Below are positions 19,103 to 27,632 of a stretch of 32,000 bases of DNA, in pieces. This DNA is from Nitrosopumilus ureiphilus (GTDB taxonomy: Archaea > Thermoproteota > Nitrososphaeria > Nitrososphaerales > Nitrosopumilaceae), in NCBI RefSeq assembly GCF_013407185.1, contig NZ_CP026995.1:340841-372840 (forward strand), written 5' to 3'. The first letter of the stretch is position 1, and the number at the start of each line of letters is the position of its first letter. The notes beneath the pieces are model-generated. The model saw nothing but the letters and a program-made list of their open reading frames with translations. It did no database searches and was not told where the DNA came from. The position numbers and the translations under genes are program-made.

Positions 19103-20528
19103 CTACCAAATCAATAGGAATAGGCACGGAATCACAGAATTTCTTCTCATTTAGTGATTCTAATTCAGAAAACCACATTCTCTTTCTGTCGGAATTTAAC
19201 CCAATTTTTTTATCATAAATTTCAATTTTCCCAACATCAGTAATTTTGTCATATCTAATACCACCTTTGATGTGAGTTGTTTTGGTAGTCTGTACTGTAA
19301 TGTAGAGTTGTCCTTTTTTGTTAATTTTAACCCCCAAATGCTCAATCTCTATTTTTCTTTCAGTATCATATCCAATTCCACGATTTTTCCAAACTCCATT
19401 GATAAAATAAAATCCATTTGATAGAAAAAATGTGTCATTGCCATATTTGTCTAGTTTCATTTCTCCTAATTTCTTGCTGTTCAAATTTTGAATCTTTTTT
19501 CTACATGCAACTGAATCAGTTGCAAAGGCCACAACATCTTTTTCTAAATCATTATCTCTGACAAACTTGTATAGTTGTGCTCTTGCAAAACCAGTAATAT
19601 AAGATGACATTATTGGATTAAACAAATTTCCCATGACGCCGTTTGTTCTCTGAGCCATCTTGCCATATACAGAGTTTAGAATTATTTTGATTGCCCTCTC
19701 TAATACATTTTGTTCTTTTTGTAATTGTAGTCTTTTTTGATATTGTGAATTGATAAAGTCTTTAAATGGATATGTAGTATTTTGATTTGCAATGAATTGT
19801 TGTGACTCTATAATTTTGTATTTAATTCTAGGATCATCTACTACTGCTTTGAGTTCTTCTAGTGTTACAAATGTTTCAAACTCTCCTGATGGATAAATGA
19901 TTCTGTTATTTTTTGTTCTAAATGGAAATGGAGATATCTTGACTTGATCAGATACAAATGCTCTGATGTGAAAGAATCCTATGGATGCCTTTGGGTTAAT
20001 TCTAGTAGAATGAATCCATTTACCATTAGTGATATCTGGAAGAAATGTCAATGCATAGGGATATGCTGAATTGATATCATAGATATAGCACTCTCCAATG
20101 AATCCGCGCTGAATTAGCTCAAATCGGCCTCCATAGAACGATTTCCAAGCCAAATCCTGAATTTCATAGGCAGAATCCACAAATCTTGGAATGTCCACAT
20201 CGTTGTATATGAGAACTTTTTCTGCCAAATATCCTGAGCTTACCCAGTTTGCAGTGTAAAACTTGTATGCATTGAAAAATGTATCAAGCCAATAGTCTGC
20301 CAATTCCCTGGTCATAATACAATCCATTAGGCAGTAATCTCTGATCTTTTTCTTGTTTCTCAAAAAATACCTCAAAGAGAAATTCTTTCGTTGGTTTTTT
20401 GTATCAATGTATCTCTGATCAAGAGGTTTTTTGATGTGTTCTGAATATGCAACTTTTAGAGGTTTGTTATCATAGTATTGTGCAATATCATAACATGAAA
20501 TAGAATGATTGCCTTTTCTAATTGTCAA
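19026..20528 (-). pseudogene. polB: Family-B DNA polymerase, 5'-truncated (ExoI/ExoII missing)
   Basis: Contains ExoIII-like 'YCLMDCIMT', 'YGGRFE', motif A 'YDINSAYPYA', motif B 'KIILNSVYGKMAQ' and motif C 'AFATDSV'. The ORF begins only at a TTG, with an in-frame stop ~15 codons upstream and no Exo I/II sequence. Confidence 0.8.
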
Positions 20529-20640
20529 CTGTTTTTTTGAGATTGTAGCGTTTGTAGTTGGAATTAGTTAATTCACACAATTAAAATCAAGAAATACTTA
20601 AAAGAATTTTTCTAAGAGATTATTTTTGGAATTATAATAA

Positions 20641-22446
20641 TTAGTCAAGTGTATAGGATGCATATATTCCACTGTTAAAATCATTTGATGCTGCATCTCT
20701 GGAATAATATCCATCGTTATAGTACACAAAAACACCACCTTTAGGAGGTGTTCCAATTCCTACAATGTCACTTGGTTGGTACGGTTGTCCTGTTACCTTA
20801 TTTACATAATCTGTGGTAAGTGTATAGGATGCATATATTCCACTGTTAAAATCATTTGATGCTGCATCTCTGGAATAATATCCATCGTTATAGTACACAA
20901 AAACACCACCTTTAGGAGGTGTTCCAATTCCTACAATGTCACTTGGTTGGTACGGTTGTCCTGTTACCTTATTTACATAATCTGTGGTAAGTGTATAGGA
21001 TGCATATATTCCACTGTTAAAATCATTTGATGCTGCATCTCTGGAATAATATCCATCGTTATAGTACACAAAAACACCACCTTTAGGAGGTGTTCCAATT
21101 CCTACAATGTCACTTGGTTGGTACGGTTGTCCTGTTACCTTATTATTAGAACTTGTGGTAAGTGTGTATCGTGATAATATTCCACTGTTAAAATCATTTG
21201 ATGCTGCATCTCTAACATAAGATTCATTATCATAGTACACAAAAACACCACCTTTAGGAGGTGTTCCAATTCCTACAATGCTGTTTGGCTCTGGTTTACA
21301 ATTAGAATCAGATGGTGAAGCATTTTGTGGAACAGGATTTGTTAAAAGATCTTGCCAACAAATTGCCATGTTCTTATATGGTCTTAATGATGTTTCGACG
21401 TCTTGTTTAACACCTTCAATGTATCTCGAATGATGTTCATTTACATTTGATTCAGCATCACAATTTATCGTACATTTTGGTGCTGAGTGTTCAGGATAAT
21501 CCCACCCCATAATATCTTCATAATGAAAATTAGTTGCTGTATCATCAAAATAATATTTTGTACATACATCAGCATTACAATTGTTAACTGGTTCACTTTT
21601 AACATCACTTATTGTAGTAAGCCTAATTGGAGATACCTTGGGAAAAACTTCCCATACATGTTTTATCCGGTTTGGAACATAAGGATTTTTCAAATCCAAC
21701 GCATCCATTGTTTTATTGGGAGAAACAGTGGAATTAGACGAAAGTAGAGCTAATTCTTGCTCTATTCCAAAAAACATATTTGCTGACAAAAAGTAATTAA
21801 ATAAACTTTTGACATCCAGATTATTTGTGCTATCTTCTAGAGATATTATTGCATCAGGGAAAAGCCTACTATCGTCAAGGTATCCAGAAAGTATACCGTG
21901 CAGGCTACTATTGGTATAAGTGCCAGAATTTTTTCGGTTTTCGTACCTTTGTTGATCCTCATTCATTGTCCCAACAGCTACAAAGTATGGGTGTTTGATG
22001 TAAAATTCCTCTAATGTTATAACAACTTCATGTAATTGTTTAGCAAGATCGTCAGCAGTAAGAGTGGCACAATCTCCTCCTGATGGCCAAGCAGCTTCAA
22101 GTAATGCTACACCAATTACATCATAGGGGGGTGGTGCCCCAGCACCTACTAGACCTGTTGTTACTTGTCTTAGGATTTCTTCGGCAGAATTGCTCTTACA
22201 CTTATCAGACTCCCCACCCTCTGCTTGTTTTGGTTCTGGTTCACTACATAATCTATCTCCACAAACTAAGTTCTTTGTTGCCTGACCGTATTTTGTGTTT
22301 GATACACCATTACCTTTTACGGCATCAGCTGATTGTAAGAATGCAGATACTGACGAGGATATCAATACACTAATCAGCACTAATGTGATTATTGCCTTTG
22401 CATCTTTTCCCAACTTCATAAATATGATACAATGTGATTTATGCAT
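20641..22446 (-). CDS. Secreted or surface protein with four C-terminal 57-aa tandem repeats
   Basis: N-terminal signal/anchor 'AIITLVLISVLISSSVSAFLQSADA', a Cys-containing central domain, and a C-terminus of repeated 'VTGQPYQPSDIVGIGTPPKGGVFVYYNDGYYSRDAASNDFNSGIYASYTLTTDYVNK'. Confidence 0.7.
   Translation of the reverse strand: MHKSHCIIFMKLGKDAKAIITLVLISVLISSSVSAFLQSADAVKGNGVSNTKYGQATKNLVCGDRLCSEPEPKQAEGGESDKCKSNSAEEILRQVTTGLVGAGAPPPYDVIGVALLEAAWPSGGDCATLTADDLAKQLHEVVITLEEFYIKHPYFVAVGTMNEDQQRYENRKNSGTYTNSSLHGILSGYLDDSRLFPDAIISLEDSTNNLDVKSLFNYFLSANMFFGIEQELALLSSNSTVSPNKTMDALDLKNPYVPNRIKHVWEVFPKVSPIRLTTISDVKSEPVNNCNADVCTKYYFDDTATNFHYEDIMGWDYPEHSAPKCTINCDAESNVNEHHSRYIEGVKQDVETSLRPYKNMAICWQDLLTNPVPQNASPSDSNCKPEPNSIVGIGTPPKGGVFVYYDNESYVRDAASNDFNSGILSRYTLTTSSNNKVTGQPYQPSDIVGIGTPPKGGVFVYYNDGYYSRDAASNDFNSGIYASYTLTTDYVNKVTGQPYQPSDIVGIGTPPKGGVFVYYNDGYYSRDAASNDFNSGIYASYTLTTDYVNKVTGQPYQPSDIVGIGTPPKGGVFVYYNDGYYSRDAASNDFNSGIYASYTLD
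20647..21279. repeat. 171-nt tandem repeat, ~3.7 units, first three units essentially identical at DNA level
   Basis: The unit start 'AAGTGTATAGGATGC' recurs at 20647, 20818 and 20989. A diverged copy starts at 21160. Period 171 nt = 57 codons. Confidence 0.9.
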
Positions 22447-22470
22447 TTTGTTTCTTGATTAAAGTCTTTA

Positions 22471-22492
22471 TCAACATTTTGTCAGATGTTGA
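22471..22492. promoter_or_regulatory. Inverted repeat TCAACAT-N8-ATGTTGA in the gap between the PolB relic and the secreted-protein gene
   Basis: Perfect 7-bp arms seen directly. Function (terminator or operator) is unknown. Confidence 0.3.
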
Positions 22493-22500
22493 TTAGACCA

Positions 22501-22840
22501 TTACAGGATAAAATTCAGAGAAATAGACATTGAATCAATCATTACTCTATCATTAACATATACTAATTCTTCAAACCACAATCGCTTTCTATCTACATTC
22601 AAATTACCCATCTCTCAACAGTTTTGAATTTCCCCTCTGATCAATTGAATTATTCCGTATGGCAGTCCTTAACCGATTAACCCTGACACTTTCATCACTT
22701 GGTATGGAGAACCATCTTTTTCTATAGTATCAAGATGTTCAATTTGATGATTCCCTAAATTCCCAGTGCCTCTCTTTTTCCATTTCCAATTGAATCCATA
22801 AATGCCATTTTGTAAAACACGTTATCATCTGATCCTTCTA
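22501..22840 (-). pseudogene. Relic of a second family-B polymerase C-terminus
   Basis: The reverse-strand translation is 'NGIYGFNWKWKKRGTGNLGNHQIEHLDTIEKDG...*...*EMGNLNVDRKRLWFEELV'. It parallels 'NGFYFINGVWKNRGIGYDTERKIEIEHLGV...LNSDRKRMWFSELE' at the C-terminus of the 19026-20528 PolB. It has two in-frame stops and a frameshift near 22812. Confidence 0.6.
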
Positions 22841-22930
22841 AAAAAATTTGCTACAAGTTAGGTTATGATATAGAGCCAAAAGGCTGGAAATTCTTTTGAT
22901 TTAGTGATCACATTAATCAAGAAAGTTTTC

Positions 22931-23101
22931 TTACACTTCTGTGCTTGAGCTCAGGTAAATTCTTTCATCTTCCTTGACAAAAACAATTCTGTCTCCTTCC
23001 TTCCAGTTTTTACTGTCTCTGACTTCTTTTGGTACTGTTATCTGATACTTGTGACTAATCGGACTTATTCCAAGTATTTCTTTCTTTGATTTTATACTCA
23101 A
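22931..23101 (-). CDS. AbrB/SpoVT-type DNA-binding protein (56 aa, TTG start, below ORF-track cutoff)
   Basis: My translation is 'LSIKSKKEILGISPISHKYQITVPKEVRDSKNWKEGDRIVFVKEDERIYLSSSTEV'. This matches the swapped-hairpin AbrB pattern (x-I-T-V/I-P-K-E-V/I-R...G-D). Confidence 0.5.
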   Translation of the reverse strand: MSIKSKKEILGISPISHKYQITVPKEVRDSKNWKEGDRIVFVKEDERIYLSSSTEV

Positions 23102-23169
23102 TTCAAACTCTCCTTACTTGTAAAGAAGTAGTAATATTCATTAATTAGACCAAAGGAAGTAAAGAAACC

Positions 23170-24807
23170 TTGGAAAATAAAGACATATCATACGTATTTC
23201 TACTGTACTTATTTCTATTCTCAGTATCTATCATTGAAGTTTCTGCCCTTGAAGATAAGGCAAAAGAGATTACCATTGCAGTTTCAACGGATAGATTGTC
23301 CTACCGTGAAGGCGATACAATAAGAATCTCTGGCACTCTCAGCGAGATGGCAGAAAACGAAGTCATCTCAATAGTGGTTAAAAATCCAGCTGGAAACATT
23401 GCAAGTATTGAGCAACTAAGACCTCAAGCGGACAAGACATTTCAGACAGAATTTGTGGCAGGTGGTGGAGCATGGCAAGATGGAAGATATACCGTTACAG
23501 TACAGTATGGTCTAGACGCTGCTGCAACTATAACATTTGACTTTGCAAATGAACCCGTGACCAAAATTATCGTAACTGCTGACAAGGCATCGTATAGCCC
23601 AAGCGATATAGTCTCTATCACAGTTGAATCTTTACAGCATAATCTTAATTCCGACCTTTTGGATCTTATTGGTGATCAGAAAGACGACAAGATTACAATT
23701 TCCTCAGATTTGGGTACAATAGATGGTTATTTGCTTGTTGAGACTGGAACAGATACAGGGATTTTTGTAGGAAAGATAATGCTTACTGGTTCAAATGGTA
23801 AAACTGGAGGAGATGGACCAAATGATGGCAGGCTGGCAGTCTCTGACAAAATAGTCATAACGTTTTCAGACAAACATGGTACATTTTCAACTAGTGCTGT
23901 AGTGGAAGAGCCACAAATTGAGATTAATGTTGAAACAACAAAGCCCGTCTATGACTCATCTGAACTGGTTCAAGTTCTTGGCTCTGTCTTTCCATATTTT
24001 GAGGATGAGCAAATTTTTGTATCCCTAATTGATCCAACTGGAATGATTTTGGGGACAAGTTTTGGATCATTGCTTCCAGATGGAAGTTTTTCGGATGGGT
24101 TTTGGAGTGCACGCTACAATGACATTCAGGGATCATACAAAATAAAAGTAAAATACAAAGATGTTACAGAGACTATCTCCTTTCAGATAATAAAAGATAC
24201 AAATGGAGATGTACCATTGCATGATAAATCATTAACAGAGCCATCCCTAGTGCCAAGTGGGATTGATCTTGTGTTAGGCAAGCATGTTTACAAAAAGGGT
24301 GACTCTGTTATTCTAGATGGAACAGTTGAGAATCCTACGATCAAATCAGAGATTGCAATCAGTATAATCAATCCCCAAGACAATACCGTCTTTGTATCCC
24401 AGCTAAAACCATCTGACAGTGGGGATTTTTCTTATACAGTTATGGCTCAAGGGCCACTATGGGAATATGAGGGGGCGTACACAGTAATTGTAACCTTTGG
24501 TGATGATGTTTCTCAATCTAGATTTGTACTTCAAGAACCTGTTTCCATACCAGATTGGATAAGAACCAATGCAAAATGGTGGTCTGAAGACCAAATCAGC
24601 GATGATGAATTTACAAAGGGAATGGAGTTTCTGATAAAAGAAGACATTGTCAGAATCAAAGAGATTCCAGAAATCCAGTCAAACGATAAAAACATCCCAG
24701 AGTGGGTAAAAACTAACGCAGATTGGTGGTCTCAAGGATTGATCTCCGATGAAGATTTTGCAAAAGGAATAGAATTTTTAGTAGAGCAGGGAATAATTCA
24801 AATTTGA
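23170..24807 (+). CDS. Secreted multi-domain protein: about four beta-sandwich-like modules plus two C-terminal 'WW...ISD.DF..G..FL' repeats
   Basis: N-terminal hydrophobic leader. Internally similar modules include '...YREGDTIRISGT...VKNPAGN...GRYTVTVQYG' and '...YKKGDSVILDGT...IINPQDN...GAYTVIVTFG'. The C-terminal duplication is 'IPDWIRTNAKWWSEDQISDDEFTKGMEFLI' / 'IPEWVKTNADWWSQGLISDEDFAKGIEFLV' (nt 24544-24804). Confidence 0.7.
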   Translation: MENKDISYVFLLYLFLFSVSIIEVSALEDKAKEITIAVSTDRLSYREGDTIRISGTLSEMAENEVISIVVKNPAGNIASIEQLRPQADKTFQTEFVAGGGAWQDGRYTVTVQYGLDAAATITFDFANEPVTKIIVTADKASYSPSDIVSITVESLQHNLNSDLLDLIGDQKDDKITISSDLGTIDGYLLVETGTDTGIFVGKIMLTGSNGKTGGDGPNDGRLAVSDKIVITFSDKHGTFSTSAVVEEPQIEINVETTKPVYDSSELVQVLGSVFPYFEDEQIFVSLIDPTGMILGTSFGSLLPDGSFSDGFWSARYNDIQGSYKIKVKYKDVTETISFQIIKDTNGDVPLHDKSLTEPSLVPSGIDLVLGKHVYKKGDSVILDGTVENPTIKSEIAISIINPQDNTVFVSQLKPSDSGDFSYTVMAQGPLWEYEGAYTVIVTFGDDVSQSRFVLQEPVSIPDWIRTNAKWWSEDQISDDEFTKGMEFLIKEDIVRIKEIPEIQSNDKNIPEWVKTNADWWSQGLISDEDFAKGIEFLVEQGIIQI

Positions 24808-24995
24808 ATCTAGATTGCCACCATTTTTAATAAAACGATTACAAATTAGAGTATTGAGCCAATTCATAAAATCTCTATGAGAGAATCAACCAATTTGACA
24901 TGTTGTCAAAAAATAACATCAAACCAACAAAGATGGTTTTTGAAATTCTTGATGGAATGTATTAATCCATTCTAATGGATCTTTGCTCATAAACA

Positions 24996-25250
24996 TTACA
25001 TGTAATACATGTACTTATTTTTTGGTGTTGATTCAGATGGCATTTCTCGTAGAATTCTTCCTACTTGTCTTGAGAATTGTAATGTAATAGGTTGATTGCT
25101 TGCGAAATCTGCATTATTCCAATTTAATTTTGTTAGAGTTAGAATTTCTTCACTAATTTTTTCATTTTCTAAATATTCTCCAATTTCCCCCCCAATCTCT
25201 TCATCCGCCTGATTATATGAAATAAAAACATCTTTTTTACTCAAATTCAT
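24996..25250 (-). CDS. Hypothetical 84-aa protein
   Basis: ORF only. The N-terminus 'KKDVFISYNQADEE' is reminiscent of a TIR beta-A strand, but the protein is too short for a full domain. Confidence 0.3.
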   Translation of the reverse strand: MNLSKKDVFISYNQADEEIGGEIGEYLENEKISEEILTLTKLNWNNADFASNQPITLQFSRQVGRILREMPSESTPKNKYMYYM

Positions 25251-25670
25251 AATATAATACCTTCTAGATGTTTTTTATCTGATCTGCTTCTATTTGATGT
25301 TGTTTTATTCATAAGACCCATTCTTTTCTTTTGGCTCCTCAAGTATCGGATCGATCAATTCTCTTAACCTTTTTGTGAGATCAATTGATCCAAAGTTTAT
25401 CACACTATTACGAAAAAACTTGTAGGGCATCATATACAGGTAATTAGATAATAACCTTGTTGATGTCTTATTGTTAATTAAAAGTACACAAAAGAAATCA
25501 ATCTTCAAAAATTATTTCTCTATACAGTTTAATCGATTTATGAAAAATATCATCAAAAAATTCTCGTAAAACAAGAAAAGAACCATCGATTAAACACAGG
25601 GTGTAAGAATATCTTAGGAGGTTAAACTGATTTTATACCTCTCGCTCGAGGATGAATTAATTCTAACTTA

Positions 25671-26456
25671 TCATTTTAATTTTTTTACCAATTCTTTTAA
25701 TGAAATAATTTCTTGCTCATCTAACATTTTCTTTATTTGTTCTTTGAGATCATCGGACATTGAAAAACAAAGACCTTCAGTACATAATTTTGTGTCAAAA
25801 GCACCTTCCATAGATTCGCTTCGTAATTCAGTAAGTTGGTGTAAATCTCCTTCACTTCGTTTTAGAATTTCAAGTTAAATGCTTTGCTTAAATCATCCTA
25901 TTTCCTCGTAATCTTTTTTCTATTCATCAGGTGAAAATGTTTCTGCAAGTTTTGATAAAGCCCCAATCCTGTTGGCCCATCTGATGTTGTTAGTTTATCT
26001 TGTAATGTGGAAGAAAGATTCAGAAGAGTCAAATATTTTTTTATCGTAGAAATAGAAACTTCAGTTTCTTGTGCAACTTTTGTATAATCATTATATTCTT
26101 CATAAATTGTTTTATAGGCTTTATCTTTATCAAGTGGATTCATATCTGCACGTTGAACATTTTCAATAAGAGAAATTATTGTCGCATCTGTATCATTTAG
26201 ATCAGATCTTATGATTGCAGGAATTGTGTTTAAACCAATTTTTTTACTAGCAAGAAATATTCTTTGCCCCGCAATTAAATCATATTTTCCATATTTGTTT
26301 TTTCTCACCATGATTGGATTTAGAAGTCCTTTTTCCCGAATACTGTTTTTGCTAAATCATCCAAACTTGCTTCTTAGGTACCTACACCTAAATCCTTTCT
26401 AGTGTTAAATTTACATATGTCAATTTCATCAAGACTTAACTCTTTGATATCCACAT
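25671..26456 (-). pseudogene. ParB/Srx-like nuclease-domain protein, degraded by a stop and multiple frameshifts
   Basis: The intact core (25898-26311) carries 'GLLNPIMVRKN..YDLIAGQR' and 'ENVQRADMNPLD'. The upstream N-terminus 'MWISKELSLDEIDICKFNTRKDLGVGT*EASLDDLAK' is in another frame with a TAA. The junction falls in an A5 run. The C-terminal continuation is spread over other frames down to ~25671. Confidence 0.65.
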
Positions 26457-26504
26457 ACGAAATTAAGATATAGTGATTTAAATGATTTAATTAATTTCTG
26501 AAGT

Positions 26505-27632
26505 ATGAGAATAGTACATTTTTCAGATACTCATTTAGGACATGGAGATTATTCTTCGATTGATCAAGAAACAGGATTAAATCAAAGAGAGGTAGATATC
26601 TACACAGTTTTTCGAGAAATAATTGACTACATACTAGAATCTAAACCAGATTTGGTTGTTCATGCAGGAGATCTTTTTGATATGGTACGTCCATCCAATA
26701 AAGCAATTTCTGAGGCACTACAACAATTTCATAGATTATCTGAAGCAAAAATTCCATCAGTGATTATTGCAGGAAATCATTCTACTCCACGACAAAAAAC
26801 CAAAGAAACAATTTTTAGAATTTTTGATTTTATTCCATATGTTTTTCCTATATATGGTGGAAAATATAGCAAAAACATTATTGGTGATTGTGCGGTTCAT
26901 GCAATTCCTCACACATACTCACAATTAGAATTACAAGAGAATTTATTTCAACTGGAAATGGATACTAAATGCAAATACAACATTTTTGTGACTCATGGTA
27001 CGGTTCAAGATATTAGTGATAATTCTTGGATAGAATTTAAAGAACAAATTATTCCAAATTCTGTATTCGAATATGGTTTTGATTATATTGCATTGGGACA
27101 TTTCCACTCTTTACAAAAAATTAGAGATAATGCATATTATTGTGGGTCTCCTGAACGATTAAGTTTTAATGAAGTAAAACAAGAAAAATATTTTCTCGAA
27201 ATAGATCTAGATACTAAATCAATAAAGAAAGTCCCTACACAAACACGTATGATGATTGATTATCAAAGTATTGATTGTGAAAAATTAACTCCAGATCAAA
27301 TTATTAAATCTGTACAAACTTTGGTTGATGACAAAACAAAAGACAGCATTATTCGATTAAAATTTGACAATATTTCTAGAGAGACATATTCAAATCTTGA
27401 TCGACAAAAAATTGCTGAATTAACTAAAGATGCAATTCATGTTGATCACAATTTCAATTTTATAAATGAAATTTCAAATGGGCAAACCATCACTTCCTCA
27501 ATGGGTAGCTTAAGTGAAGAATTTGAAACCTTTCTAAAAAAACAAGATTTGTCTGATGAAAGATTTGATTTGATGAAAAATATGGGTTTGGACTATCTTA
27601 GTAAAGTTGAGGATAAGGGAATAATAGAATAA
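26505..27632 (+). CDS. mre11: Mre11/SbcD-family nuclease
   Basis: Calcineurin-like phosphoesterase motifs in order: 'HFSDTHLG', 'HAGDLFD', 'IAGNHS', 'VTHG', 'GHFH'. 375 aa. Confidence 0.85.
   Translation: MRIVHFSDTHLGHGDYSSIDQETGLNQREVDIYTVFREIIDYILESKPDLVVHAGDLFDMVRPSNKAISEALQQFHRLSEAKIPSVIIAGNHSTPRQKTKETIFRIFDFIPYVFPIYGGKYSKNIIGDCAVHAIPHTYSQLELQENLFQLEMDTKCKYNIFVTHGTVQDISDNSWIEFKEQIIPNSVFEYGFDYIALGHFHSLQKIRDNAYYCGSPERLSFNEVKQEKYFLEIDLDTKSIKKVPTQTRMMIDYQSIDCEKLTPDQIIKSVQTLVDDKTKDSIIRLKFDNISRETYSNLDRQKIAELTKDAIHVDHNFNFINEISNGQTITSSMGSLSEEFETFLKKQDLSDERFDLMKNMGLDYLSKVEDKGIIE

Larger units (their letters stand above)
15337..22840. mobile_element. Casposon-derived module (Cas1-solo + family-B polymerase remnants + cargo). 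Terminal inverted repeats were not identified.
   Basis: Co-occurrence of Cas1 and PolB without a CRISPR array or other cas genes matches the defining casposon gene pair. Both genes are damaged. Confidence 0.6.

Noticed and set aside
20647-21279. Regularly spaced identical repeats that could superficially suggest a CRISPR array near cas1.
   Set aside because: The repeats are contiguous 171-nt units with no unique spacers, and they are in frame within a 601-aa coding sequence. I saw no short repeat-spacer array anywhere in the window.
24996-25250. The N-terminal 'KKDVFISYNQADEE' of the 84-aa ORF looks like the start of a TIR domain, which would suggest a defence gene.
   Set aside because: The ORF is far shorter than a TIR domain. 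The remainder does not follow the TIR pattern, and I found no continuation in other frames downstream. It is kept only as a low-confidence hypothetical ORF.
25305-25508. 67-aa ORF with a TTG start.
   Set aside because: It has low-complexity, hydrophobic/Asn-rich composition typical of random AT-rich ORFs, and no motif. It is not reported as a gene.
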